From Candidatus Eiseniibacteriota bacterium (lineage in GTDB: Bacteria > Eisenbacteria > RBG-16-71-46), in assembly GCA_963717505.1 (NCBI GenBank), contig OY970342.1, forward strand, positions 640,001 through 704,000: a stretch of DNA of 64,000 bases, in the 5' to 3' direction. Position 1 is the first letter of the stretch, and each line of letters starts with the position of its first letter. The translations under genes were made by a program, and so were the position numbers. Positions 1-10,653 of this stretch are shown here, one piece after another. Under the pieces are notes generated by a model. The model saw only the letters and a list, made by a program, of their open reading frames with translations, was not told the DNA's origin and made no database searches.

Positions 1-1483
1 TGCCCGCGCGCACCACGAAGCGCGCCTGAAGCGGCGGCGGCGTATCGGCTCTCCCGAGCACGCTGAAGTCGCCGACGTCGAAGCGTCCGGGCAGCGGCTC
101 GCGCCTGAGCCAGTAGGGCTGGGTGTCGCGCTGGTCGCGCGGGAGCACGATCGTCGCTTCGCCGTTGACCGGACGGTTGTCCGAGAGCTCCCGGTCACGG
201 ACTTCCTTGCGCGCGACCAGCGGCGAGCCCGCGGTGTCGGCGGCCGGCCCGCCGGCGGGCGGCTCCGGGTCCATCGCCTGGGCGCCGTGCGGAACCTCGA
301 TGCGCTCGAGCACCAGCGGGGCCGGCGATCGATTGAGCGCCGAGAAGCGCACCTTGACCTCGCCCCCGGGAACCGTCGTGGGCGACTCGGCGATCGCTTC
401 CAGCCAAAGGCCGCTGCACGAAGCAATCAGGTCCTCGAGCTCGCGGCGTTTGATCGCGATCCAAGGGTCGGCATTCGGTCGGGACTCGAGGTCGGTCATC
501 GCGGCGTGCGCCTTGAGCAGCTCCGGGACGATCCGGTCGGGATCGCCTGAACGAAAGCGCTTCAGCGCCTCGGCCAGGAAGCGGTCGACACGGTCGCCGC
601 CGGAAATGCGGGTCCAGCCGATATCGACTCCGTCGAACAGATCCTTGCTCGCGAGCGCGCCGTCGCGGTGTACGAAGAAGTTGGGAACCGGACCGCGGCG
701 CTCGGACGCGCCGAATCCCTGGCTCTTGTGCATGCTGCGGCTTTCGGCCGCGATCTCGGTGTACGCGCGCCCGAGCAGCCGGTTGTACTCGCCGAGGTCG
801 ACGCCGACGTTCGGTCCCGGCGGATCCCGCGTCGGATCGAAACGAAATGCGTTCCACACGATGCGCTTGGCCTGCCACGGCTTCACGTGCGCGAGCTGCT
901 CGAAGAACCGGGTCGAATCGGCGGCGGCGCGGAACGCCTCCTCGGCCAGGATCGCGGAGGCCTGATGATGTCCGTGCCCGCCGGTGCTGTCGGTCGGGAA
1001 GCGCGTGACGATCACGTCGGGGCGGAACGTGCGAATGGTCCACACCACGTCGGACAGGATCGCTTCGCGGCCCCAGATCTCCATGGTTTCGTCGGCGCGC
1101 TTCGAGTAGCCGAAGTCGAGCGCCCGCGTGAAGAATTGCTCGGCGCCGTCGATCCGGCGCGCGGCCAGCAGCTCCTGCGTGCGGATCACGCCCAGGTCGA
1201 GTCCGGTCTCCGAGCCAATCAGGTTCTGGCCGCCGTCGCCCCGGGTCAGCGACAGATAGCCGGCGCGGATCTTCCGCCCCTGAGTCAGCCAGGTCAGGAA
1301 CGCGGTGTTCTCGTCGTCGGGGTGTGCGGCAACGTAGAGGGCGCTGCCCAGCACCCGCAGCCGCTCGAGCGCGAGTTGGATCTCGGCGGCGTTCATCGGC
1401 TCGGCGGGGCGGACATCGGCCACGGCCGGCATCGCCAGGAACAGAACCAGACTCAGGATCGGAATCGTGCGCGACGGGTTCAC
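1..1483 (-). CDS. LmbE/PIG-L family deacetylase, secreted (3' end outside window)
   Basis: Absent from the ORF track because there is no stop in the window. Manual translation from GTG 1483 gives MNPSRTIPILSLVLFLAMPAVA (signal peptide), then LYVAAHPDDEN, LTRGDGGQN and GHGHH, typical PIG-L Zn motifs. Confidence 0.88.
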   Translation of the reverse strand, partial: MNPSRTIPILSLVLFLAMPAVADVRPAEPMNAAEIQLALERLRVLGSALYVAAHPDDENTAFLTWLTQGRKIRAGYLSLTRGDGGQNLIGSETGLDLGVIRTQELLAARRIDGAEQFFTRALDFGYSKRADETMEIWGREAILSDVVWTIRTFRPDVIVTRFPTDSTGGHGHHQASAILAEEAFRAAADSTRFFEQLAHVKPWQAKRIVWNAFRFDPTRDPPGPNVGVDLGEYNRLLGRAYTEIAAESRSMHKSQGFGASERRGPVPNFFVHRDGALASKDLFDGVDIGWTRISGGDRVDRFLAEALKRFRSGDPDRIVPELLKAHAAMTDLESRPNADPWIAIKRRELEDLIASCSGLWLEAIAESPTTVPGGEVKVRFSALNRSPAPLVLERIEVPHGAQAMDPEPPAGGPAADTAGSPLVARKEVRDRELSDNRPVNGEATIVLPRDQRDTQPYWLRREPLPGRFDVGDFSVLGRADTPPPLQARFVVRAG

Positions 1484-1557
1484 TGCGATGCGCCTTTCGA
1501 AACCATGACATGACCTCCGGGAAGCCTTCTGGATTGCAGGAGCCGCAGATCATTACC

Positions 1558-2412
1558 ATGCTCGGCATGCGTTGGCCACGGTCGGTTGCGTTCGTCGTTG
1601 CGTGCTTCGCCACCGCCTGTCCAGCGCTCTCGAGTTCCGCTCGCGCGGATGCCTGGACGCGCGACACCGGGTCCTGGTTCGGCAGCCTGTCGGTCGAGCG
1701 TTGGTTCACCACCGAGCGGTTCAACCAGCGGGGTGAGCGCGTTCCTTATCAGGAGACCCTTCCCGGCTTCGACGACACCGACGAGTATCGGAACTTCGCG
1801 TTGCGAGCCTACGGAGAGTACGGATTCACCGACGTGTGGCAGGCGTCGGCGTCCACGGCGCTCGAAATCATCGAAGCCGAAGGCAACGGACGCGAGGACC
1901 GGACCACCGGTCTCTCGGACCTTCGGCTTCAGGTCAAACGCCTGATCCTTCGGAGACCGCTGGTGGTCTCGTCGTTCGTCGAGCTCAAGGCGCCGACCGG
2001 CTACGACAAGACCACGTTCCCCTCGCTCGGCACCGGCGAGTTCGACGTCAGCGGTGGATTTGCGGCCGGTAAGGCGACGCGCACGACCTACATTTCGGCC
2101 GACGCCGGCTTCGTGTCCCGCGGCGGTTCGTATGCGAACGAGATCCCGGTCAACATCGAAGCCGCCTGGTCGATGCGCCCCGACATCACGCTGCGCACCG
2201 ACTGGCGCGTGGTCCTGCCGGTCAGTGACCTGTACGACCCGGCGCTGCCGTTCGACCCGCGACAGGCCAGCACGCGCTCGCTGACCGGCGGCCTGTCACT
2301 GATCATGAGCAGCCCGTATGTCGATCTGGTGTTCGGCTTCGACCAGGCGATCTCGGGGCTCAATGCGCTGGCGGGCACGCGCTTCGAGTTCTCGGTGTGG
2401 TGGGATCGCTGA
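1558..2412 (+). CDS. Putative outer-membrane beta-barrel (transporter-like) protein
   Basis: Signal peptide ending ARA-DAW; amphipathic strands (GLSDLRLQVKR, VELKAPTGY, LGTGEFD); aromatic C-terminus. Start could be ATG 1558 or 1567. Confidence 0.6.
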   Translation: MLGMRWPRSVAFVVACFATACPALSSSARADAWTRDTGSWFGSLSVERWFTTERFNQRGERVPYQETLPGFDDTDEYRNFALRAYGEYGFTDVWQASASTALEIIEAEGNGREDRTTGLSDLRLQVKRLILRRPLVVSSFVELKAPTGYDKTTFPSLGTGEFDVSGGFAAGKATRTTYISADAGFVSRGGSYANEIPVNIEAAWSMRPDITLRTDWRVVLPVSDLYDPALPFDPRQASTRSLTGGLSLIMSSPYVDLVFGFDQAISGLNALAGTRFEFSVWWDR

Positions 2413-2464
2413 CCGTGCGGGGCTGGGTGATGGCCGGCCGGCCCGCCGCGTATACTCGCGCGTC

Positions 2465-4144
2465 ATGATGCCCCGCCTCGCGTTGCTGGCCGTGGCCCTC
2501 GCCGTTCCGACCTTGGGATGCGGAGGCGGCTCCGGAACGAGCGTTCCCGCGTCGGCCACGGCCGTGAAGTATTTCGGCGACACCTCGCCCCCCATCGGCC
2601 AGGTGTTCACGTTCAACAACGGCGCCGAGCCCGAGACCATCGACCCGGGGAAGATGAGCGGCCAGCCGGACGGCCGAATCGCCCGCATGATCTTCGAAGG
2701 CCTGACGTCCCCGCATCCGGAAACGCTCGAGCCCACGCCCGGCCAGGCGTATCGCTGGGAGACGAGCGCCGACGGCCTCCTCTATACGTTCCACCTGCGC
2801 CCGGGGCTCCAATGGACCGACGGCACGCCGCTCACCGCGCGCGACTTCGAATGGTCGTGGCTGCGCGTGCTCGAACCGGAGACGGCGGCGCGCTACGCGA
2901 CCCTGATGTACGTCATCGAGAACGGCGAGGCCTACAACAAGGGCGAGATCGCCGACCGCTCGATGGTGGGCGTGCACGCGATCGACGACAGCACGCTGGT
3001 CGTGCGCCTTCAGTCCGTGACCCCCTACTTCCTGCACCTGACCCAGTACTACACCTTCCTCCCGGTGCCGCGGCACGCGATCGAGAAGCACGGCCTGCGC
3101 TGGACCCTGCCCGGCAACATCGCCGGCAACGGTCCGTTCGCGCTGACCGCGTGGCGGCAGGGCGCGCGCTTCGAATTCGTTCGCAGCCCGTCGTACTGGG
3201 ACGTCGCCAACGTCCGGCTCGAACGGATCGTGTGTTTCCCGGTCGACGACTTGAACACTTCGACTAACCTGTACAAGGCGGGCGTCATCGATTGGAACCC
3301 GAGCGGCTACGTACCGTCCCAGTACTTCCCCTACCTCCGGTCGTACGCCGACTTGCGCACCGGCCGCTATCAGGGCACGTACTTCTATTCGATCAACACC
3401 ACCCGCAAACCCTACGACAACGTCTGGGTGCGGCGCGCGCTCAACTATGCGGTCGATCGCGAGTCGATCTCGCGCGACTTGCTCAAGGGCTGCCGCGACC
3501 CCTGGGGGCTCGTCGCACCCAGCGGTTACCCCGACTACATCCCGCCCGACCCGGTGACCTACGACCCCGAGCGCGCGCGCGAGTGCCTGGCGAAAGCCGG
3601 GTTCCCGGGCGGCAAGGGCTTCCCCAAGCTCGCGATCCTGTTCAACACCAGCGAGGACCATCGCCGGATCGCCGAAGCGATCCAGGCGATGTGGAAGCGC
3701 GAGCTGGGCATCGACGTCGAGCTCTCGAACCAGGAGTGGGGCTCCTATCTCCAAGCCACCACCAGCCTCCAGTACGAGGTCGCCCGGCGCTCGTGGATCG
3801 GCGACTACCTCGACCCGAACACCTTCCTGGCCATGTGGATCACGGGCGACGGCAACAACCGCACCGGCTGGAGCGAACCGCGGTACGACGCCCTGATCCG
3901 CGATGCCGGCCGCGAGTCCGATCCCGCCCATCGCATGGCCATCCTGCGCGACGCGGAGGCGCTGCTTTTGTCCGACGGGCCGGTGATTCCCATCTATCAC
4001 TACTCGACCGTCGAGCTGCTGAAGCCCTACGTGCGCGGCCTCCACCAGACCGCACTCGACACGCATCCGCTCAAGCACGTGTGGATCGATCACGACTGGC
4101 AGAAGCACGCGTCGCCGGTGGCGAGCGCGACCGGCCGCCGATGA
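2465..4144 (+). CDS. oppA: Oligopeptide ABC transporter substrate-binding lipoprotein
   Basis: Lipobox TLGC; EPETIDP, IFEGL, WTDGTPLTARDF, NGPF, WIGDYLDP (SBP family 5). Confidence 0.93.
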   Translation: MMPRLALLAVALAVPTLGCGGGSGTSVPASATAVKYFGDTSPPIGQVFTFNNGAEPETIDPGKMSGQPDGRIARMIFEGLTSPHPETLEPTPGQAYRWETSADGLLYTFHLRPGLQWTDGTPLTARDFEWSWLRVLEPETAARYATLMYVIENGEAYNKGEIADRSMVGVHAIDDSTLVVRLQSVTPYFLHLTQYYTFLPVPRHAIEKHGLRWTLPGNIAGNGPFALTAWRQGARFEFVRSPSYWDVANVRLERIVCFPVDDLNTSTNLYKAGVIDWNPSGYVPSQYFPYLRSYADLRTGRYQGTYFYSINTTRKPYDNVWVRRALNYAVDRESISRDLLKGCRDPWGLVAPSGYPDYIPPDPVTYDPERARECLAKAGFPGGKGFPKLAILFNTSEDHRRIAEAIQAMWKRELGIDVELSNQEWGSYLQATTSLQYEVARRSWIGDYLDPNTFLAMWITGDGNNRTGWSEPRYDALIRDAGRESDPAHRMAILRDAEALLLSDGPVIPIYHYSTVELLKPYVRGLHQTALDTHPLKHVWIDHDWQKHASPVASATGRR

Positions 4145-5058
4145 TCACATTCGTCGTTCGTCGGGTTCTGCTGTTCATCCCGACGCTGCTGGTGATCGCC
4201 ACGCTCACGTTCTTCATGATGCGATTGGCGCCCGGCGGGCCGTTCCAGTCCGAACGCGACATCCCCAAGCCCGCGCTCGAGCAGCTGCAGAAGCAATACG
4301 GCCTCGATCGGCCATTGTTCGAGCAGTACACGTCGTTCATCGTGAACGCCGCTCGGCTCGACTTCGGGCCGTCCTACAAGTTTCCGACCCGCGAAGTACG
4401 CGAGATCATCTTCGAATCCCTGCCGGTGTCGATGGAGCTGGGCGCGTGGGCGCTCCTGCTTTCGATTGTGATCGGGGTTCCGATCGGGATGTTCGCGGCA
4501 CTCAAGCAGAACAGCGCGCTCGACTACTCGTCCATGGGCCTGGCCCTGGCCGGAGTCTCGATCCCCAACTTCGTGCTCGGACCGGTGCTGGTGCTCGGGC
4601 TGTCGCTCGGCGTGTTCCTGCTGCCGCCGGCGTTGTGGCAGGGGCCGCAGAGTCGCGTGCTGCCGGTGCTGACGCTGTCGACCGCCTACATCGCCTACAT
4701 CGCGCGACTCACCCGTGCCGGCATGCTCGAAGTCCTGCGCCAGGACTTCATTCGCACCGCGTTCGCCAAGGGTCTCCCCGACCGGGTCGTGATCTTCAAG
4801 CACGCGCTCAAGCTGGGCATCCTGCCGGTGGTGTCGTACATCGGACCGGCGGCGGCGCGCGTGGTGATGGGCTCGATCGTGGTCGAGAGCATCTTCGCGA
4901 TCCCCGGCCTCGGCCGGCACCTGGTGAACGGCGCCTTCAATCGCGACTATACGCTGGTGCTCGGCGTCGTCCTGTTCTACGCCGCGTTCCTCATGGTGCT
5001 CAATCTGATCGTCGACTTGGCTTATACCTGGCTCGACCCGCGCGTGGAGCTGGCATGA
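4141..5058 (+). CDS. oppB: Oligopeptide ABC transporter permease
   Basis: ATGA overlap with oppA; LAPGGPF, DFIRTAFAKG (EAA loop), NRDYTLV, DPRV. Confidence 0.93.
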   Translation: MITFVVRRVLLFIPTLLVIATLTFFMMRLAPGGPFQSERDIPKPALEQLQKQYGLDRPLFEQYTSFIVNAARLDFGPSYKFPTREVREIIFESLPVSMELGAWALLLSIVIGVPIGMFAALKQNSALDYSSMGLALAGVSIPNFVLGPVLVLGLSLGVFLLPPALWQGPQSRVLPVLTLSTAYIAYIARLTRAGMLEVLRQDFIRTAFAKGLPDRVVIFKHALKLGILPVVSYIGPAAARVVMGSIVVESIFAIPGLGRHLVNGAFNRDYTLVLGVVLFYAAFLMVLNLIVDLAYTWLDPRVELA

Positions 5059-5957
5059 GCGCGGCTCCGGCGCTCGCGCCGCAAGACGCCCTCGACAACC
5101 GTCCGACCGATCTCTGGTCCGACGCGCTGCGGCGCCTGAAGAAGAATCGCGCCGCGGTCACGGCCGGCTGGGCGCTGGCCGCGATCGCTTTGCTCGCGCT
5201 CCTGGCGCCGTGGATTCCGGGGCTCGCCGACCCCGCGATTCAGGACCTGCGGCTGGGCGCCTCGGCGCCCTCGTGGGCGCACCCGTTCGGCACCGACGAG
5301 CTGGGTCGCGACACCTTCGCGCGCACGCTCCACGGCGGGCGCATCTCGCTGCTGGTCGGCGTCGTCGGCACGCTGGTCAGTCTGTTGATCGGCGTCACCT
5401 ATGGCGCCGTTTCGGGCTATCTCGGCGGCCGAACCGACGAGACGATGATGCGCTTCGTCGATATCCTCTATTCGCTGCCCTACATCTTCCTGGTCATCCT
5501 GCTGCTGGTGTTCTTCAGCCGCAGCCTGATCATGCTGTTCGTCGCATTGGGACTCGTCCAGTGGCTGACCATGGCACGCATCGTCCGCGGGCAGGTACTG
5601 TCGCTCAAGACCCAGACGTTCGTCGAGGCGGCGCGGGCGCTCGGCGCTCGCAATCGCTCGATCATCTTCCGCCACATCGTGCCCAACACGCTGGGTCCGG
5701 TGATCGTCTACACGACGCTCACGGTTCCCGCGGTGATTCTGCAGGAGGCGTTCCTCTCGTTCCTGGGCCTCGGGGTGCAACCACCCGCCGCGTCATGGGG
5801 CACGTTGGTGTCGGATGGCGCCAAGCTGCTGGCCCTGTTCCCGTGGCTCGTGATCTTCCCCGGGATCGCGCTGTCGATCACGCTTCTGTGCTTCAACTTT
5901 CTCGGCGACGGATTGCGCGACGCGCTCGACCCGTTCGATCGCCGCGACGTGAACTGA
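5055..5957 (+). CDS. oppC: Oligopeptide ABC transporter permease
   Basis: ATGA overlap; HPFGTDELGRD, FVEAARALGA, FLSFLGLG, GDGLRDALDP. Confidence 0.93.
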   Translation: MSAAPALAPQDALDNRPTDLWSDALRRLKKNRAAVTAGWALAAIALLALLAPWIPGLADPAIQDLRLGASAPSWAHPFGTDELGRDTFARTLHGGRISLLVGVVGTLVSLLIGVTYGAVSGYLGGRTDETMMRFVDILYSLPYIFLVILLLVFFSRSLIMLFVALGLVQWLTMARIVRGQVLSLKTQTFVEAARALGARNRSIIFRHIVPNTLGPVIVYTTLTVPAVILQEAFLSFLGLGVQPPAASWGTLVSDGAKLLALFPWLVIFPGIALSITLLCFNFLGDGLRDALDPFDRRDVN

Positions 5958-5978
5958 CGCGTCGACCCGTCGAGAGGA

Positions 5979-8900
5979 CTAGCGCGACAGGACCAGGCGG
6001 GTCGTCGTCGTCATGCCGGGGGCTTCAAGCCTCAGAAGGTAGATTCCGCTCCGCGCCGGATTGCCGCCCGAGTCGCGGCCGTCCCACCCGAGCTCATGCG
6101 TGCCCGGCGCGAGGTCGCGATGGCCCAGGGAGCGCACTTCTCGGCCCGCGATGTCGTAGACCGTCGCGCGTACGGTCAAGGCGCTGGAAAGATCGAGCCG
6201 AATGCTGGTTTGCTGCGAGAAGGGATTGGGCCGGGGCCGGCCGAGGGACATCGATCCAGCCGGCGCACCGCCGGATGGTCTCGAGCTCGATGCTGTCGGG
6301 ACGGCCGCGAGGAGCGAGACCGTGCGAATGACCAGTTGCGGCGGGTTCGCTCCCTCCTTGGAGCTGTAGCCCGCGATGTTGGTCGAGCCACTGGTCATGC
6401 CGAAGCTGTAGCTGCCGTTGCCGGTCACCGCCGCCGTCACGTCGAACTCGACCCAGGCGCCGAGCGCCACCGCGCCCTCCTCATCCAGCGGACTGCCCGT
6501 GATGCCCGGCGCGTTGTTCCAGGTCAGCCCGCTCTCCAGCCACGGGGTCGTCGTCCCCAGGTAGTTGTTCGCCACCGCGTAGACCTCGCCGCCGTCGACA
6601 CTCGCGTCGTCGCAGAACAGCCGCAGGGTCGCGCGCTCAACCGTGCCGCTGACCCCGGTGACCGCGAACTTGAGATACGTGTGATACGTGGGATTGACGC
6701 TACGCACCCGCAGCAAGGTGACGGCGCCGAAGCCGCTGGTGGGGCTGGTCGAGAGCACGCGCGTGTCGTGGACCGGGGTGAAGGTCAGATCACTCGTCGG
6801 CACGATCACCGTGAAGCCGGCGGCGCTGACCGCGTTCCCAACCGGATTGATCACCCGGATCGGCCCGGTCGTCGCGGCCGCCGGCACCGTCGCCCGCAGC
6901 TGCGTGTTCGAGTCGATGACGAAGGTCGCGGCGATGCCGTTGAACTCGACCGCGGTGACCGTGAGGAACTCGGTGCCGGTCACCGCGACCTCGGTGCCCA
7001 CCGGCCCACTCGCCGGCACGAGCGATGTGATCGTCGGGGGCTGGAGGACGACGAAGTCGATCGTGCTCAGGGCATTCCCGGCCGGATTGATCACCCGGAT
7101 CGGCCCCGTGGTCGCGCTCGCCGGCACCGTCGCCCGCAGCTGCGTGTTCGAGTCGATGACGAAGGTCGCGGCGAGGCCGTTGAACTCCACTGCCGTCACG
7201 CTCGACAGTGCCGTGCCGGTGACCGTGACCTCGGTGCCCACCGGCCCACTCGCCGGCGCGAAGCCGGTGATGGCGAGCGGGGGTGGCGACCCGGTCCCTA
7301 ACGCCAGAACCAGTTGCGGTGGGTTCGCCCCCTCCTTGGAGCTGTAGCCCGCGATGTTGGTCGAGCCGCTGGTCATGCCGAAGCTGTAGCTGCCGTTGCC
7401 GGTCACCGCCGCCGTCACGTCGAACTCGACCCACGTGCCGAGCGCCACCGCGCCCTCCTCATCCAGCGGACTGCCCGTGATGCCCGGCGCGTTGTTCCAG
7501 GTCAGCCCGCTCTCCAGCCACGGGGTCGTCGTCCCCAGGTAGTTGTTCGCCACCGCGTAGACCTCGCCGCCGTCGACACTCGCGTCGTCGCAGAACAGCC
7601 GCAGGGTCGCGCGCTCAACCGTGCCGCTGACCCCGGTGACCGCGAACTTGAGATACGTGTGATACGTGGGATTGACGCTACGCACCCGCAGCAAGGTGAC
7701 GGCGCCGAAGCCGCTGGTGGGGCTGGTCGAGAGCACGCGCGTGTCGTGGACCGGGGTGAAGGTCAGATCACTCGTCGGCACGATCACCGTGAAGCCGGCG
7801 GCGCTGACCGCGTTCCCAACCGGATTGATCACCCGGATCGGCCCGGTGGTCGCGGCCGCCGGCACCGTCGCCCGCAGCTGCGTGTTCGAGTCGATGACGA
7901 AGGTCGCGGCGATGCCGTTGAACTCGATCCCGGTGACCGTGAGGAACTCGGTGCCGGTCACCGTGACCTCGGTACCCACCGGCCCACTCGCCGGGGCGAA
8001 GCCAGCGATGGCGGGTGAAGGCTGGAGGACGACGAAGTCGACCGTGCTCAGGGCATTCCCGGCCGGATTGATGACCCGGATCGGCCCCGTGGTCGCGGTC
8101 GCCGGCACCGTCGCCCGCAGCTGCGTGTTCGAGTCGATGACGAAGGTCGCGGCGATGCCGTTGAACTCGACCGCGGTGACCGTGAGGAATGCGGTGCCGG
8201 TGACCGTGACCTCGGTGCCCACCGGTCCGCTCGCTGGCACGAGCGATGAGATCGTCGGGGGATGGAGGACAACGAAGTCGACCGTGCTCAGGGCGCTCCC
8301 ACCCGGATTGACCACCCGGACCCGCCCCGTGGTGGCGGTCGCGGGCACCGTCGCCCGCAGCTGCGTGTTCGAGTCGATGACGAAGGTCGCGGCGAGGCCG
8401 TTGAACTCCACTGCCGTCACGCTCGACAGTGCCGTGCCGGTGACCGTGACCTCGGTGCCCACCGGCCCACTCGCCGGCGCGAAGCCGGTGATGGCGAGCG
8501 GGGGTGGCGACCCGGTCCCTAACGCCAGAACCAGTTGCGGTGGGTTCGCCCCCTCCTTGGAGCTGTAGCCCGCGATGTTGGTCGAGCCGCTGGTCATGCC
8601 GAAGCTGTAGCTGCCGTTGCCGGTCACCGCCGCCGTCACGTCGAACTCGACCCACGTGCCGAGCGCCACCGCGCCCTCCTCATCCAGCGGACTGCCCGTG
8701 ATGCCCGGCGCGTTGTTCCAGGTCAGCCCGCTCTCCAGCCACGGGGTCGTCGTCCCCAGGTAGTTGTTCGCCACCGCGTAGACCTCGCCGCCGTCGACAC
8801 TCGCGTCGTCGCAGAACAGCCGCAGGGTCGCGCGCTCAACCGTGCCGCTGACCCCGGTGACCGCGAACTTGAGATACGTGTGATACGTGGGATTGACGCT

Positions 8901-10524
8901 ACGCACCCGCAGCAAGGTGACGGCGCCGAAGCCGCTGGTGGGGCTGGTCGAGAGCACGCGCGTGTCGTGGACCGGGGTGAAGGTCAGATCACTCGTCGGC
9001 ACGATCACCGTGAAGTTGGCGGCGCTGACCGCGTTCCCAACCGGATTGATCACCCGGATCGGCCCGGTGGTCGCGGCCGCCGGCACCGTCGCCCGCAGCT
9101 GCGTGTTCGAGTCGATGACGAAGGTCGCGGCGATGCCGTTGAACTCGACTACCGTCACGCTCGACAGTGCCGTGCCGGTGACCGTGACCTCGGTGCCCAC
9201 CGGTCCACTCGCCGGCACGAGCGATGAGATCGTCGGCGCCAGCGGAACGACGAAACCCACCGGGCTCACTCCCGCACCGTGAGGACCAGACACGCGAATC
9301 GGGCCCGTGCCCGCTCCTACCGGGACCGTCGCACGCAGCTGTGCATCGGAATCGATCGCGAACTCGGCGTCGACCCCAGCAAACGTCACATCCGTCACGC
9401 CCGTGAACCGGACGCCGGCAACAGTGACCTCGGTGCCGGGCAAACCACTCGCCGGAGTGAACGAAAGGATCACGGGCGATGACCCGGTCTGACGGGGGTT
9501 CCAGTACCCCGTGTCGATGGCCAGGCCGAGGTCCTCGTAGGCGCACACCTTTACCGGCTTGGAAGCGCCTTGGATGTTGCTGTGGGCCGCGAACACTCCG
9601 GCCGGAAACGCCGGGCCGAGATTCACGTTGGTCACGTCGATTCCGTCCGTATCAAACGTATTCTCGATCGTGAACGTCTTGACGTACGCGTGCGATTCCC
9701 GGCGATCGTAGACCTTGTATTCGCTGCTCCCCTGACTCGATGCGATCAGGTAGCCGCCGCCACCAGCGGCGTAGTAGATCGCGAGTCCCTCGACATCTTC
9801 GGTCAGACCGCTGGCATCACCGACGCTCGCGATCAGGGTGCCGTTCACCGGATCGTCGGGTTCGGCGCCGATCTTCCAGATGCCGACACGTTCTTCGCCG
9901 AAGTACGCGGCCCCGGTTTCGTCGTCGCAGACGCACCCCTCGGTCCGGCCGCCGATGTCCCACGACCGAACCAGGGTTCCGGCGACTTGGCCGCCTTCGT
10001 CGCGCAGCGCGTACTGCTCGATCTGCCCGGCCTCGGACGCCGTGAACGCGTAGTAGGTGCCGGTGAGCGGACTCCGATACATGCACGAACCGTAGTTGTC
10101 GCCCGTCTGAATCGCGCCGTTGTCGGCGCGCTGGAGCTCCCGGGTGGCGGGGTTGACGCGGAACACGTCGAGTCGACCCTCGCGATTGTTGAAGGCTGAC
10201 CAGGTCGACCGCGACTCCGTTGAGCATGAAGTTGTAACGGATGTCGATGTTGGCGGGCAGGCCAGGAATCGGGATCGACTGCAGCGTCACACCCTGGAGG
10301 TCATAGACGAACAGCCGATTGGCGTCCTTGTCCGCGGCGATGATGGTGCTGAGGGCAGGATCCGTGGGGTGGATCCAGAAGCACATGTCGTCCTGGTCGC
10401 GAAAGCCAGTGGCGGTGAGGGTGAGCCTGGGGGTGACGACGGTCTGCGCTCGAGCCGGTGGCGGATCCGAGGTCAGGATCAAGGCGGCGACAAGAGCGGC
10501 GACATACCCACTGCGAAGATTCAT
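5979..10524 (-). CDS. Secreted beta-propeller phytase + 7 IPT/TIG + 3 DNRLRE/CBM96-like domains + FlgD-Ig CTD; +1 frameshift near 10197
   Basis: ORF 9817..10524 supplies the signal peptide and DQDDMCFWIHP/NIDIRY. ORF 5979..10166 supplies TEGCVCDDE, DVEGL, SSQG and TDGID. Removing one base at about 10197 joins them as VDLVAFNNRE. C-terminus PNPF...WDGRD...SGIY. Confidence 0.85.
6331..9148. repeat. Three near-identical ~620 bp intragenic repeats (6331-6949, 7309-7927, 8530-9148) plus shorter TIG repeats
   Basis: Direct comparison gives offsets of 978 and 1221 bp. The shadow ORFs 7283..7480 and 8504..8701 are identical. Confidence 0.95.
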
Positions 10525-10653
10525 GCGTTCTGGACGGCCGCGACCCGGGAGTCGGGTCGGCGGCCCGGCTCCCTCCAGGCGAAGTGCGAGAGAGGAACCT
10601 ACCAGAACGTCCTTTGTGACACAGGCCGTCGGCTACACGGTGATCCGGCTCTC

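Noticed and set aside
195-1724. 509-aa minus-strand ORF and overlapping plus-strand ORFs in the track
   Set aside because: Low-complexity Arg/Pro-rich shadow frames; the real gene is the LmbE frame running off the left edge.
6331-9148. Long repeats as CRISPR, DGR template/variable repeat or IS copies
   Set aside because: They are in-frame protein-domain repeats with no spacers, no adenine-specific mismatch pattern, and no RT, cas or transposase gene in the window.
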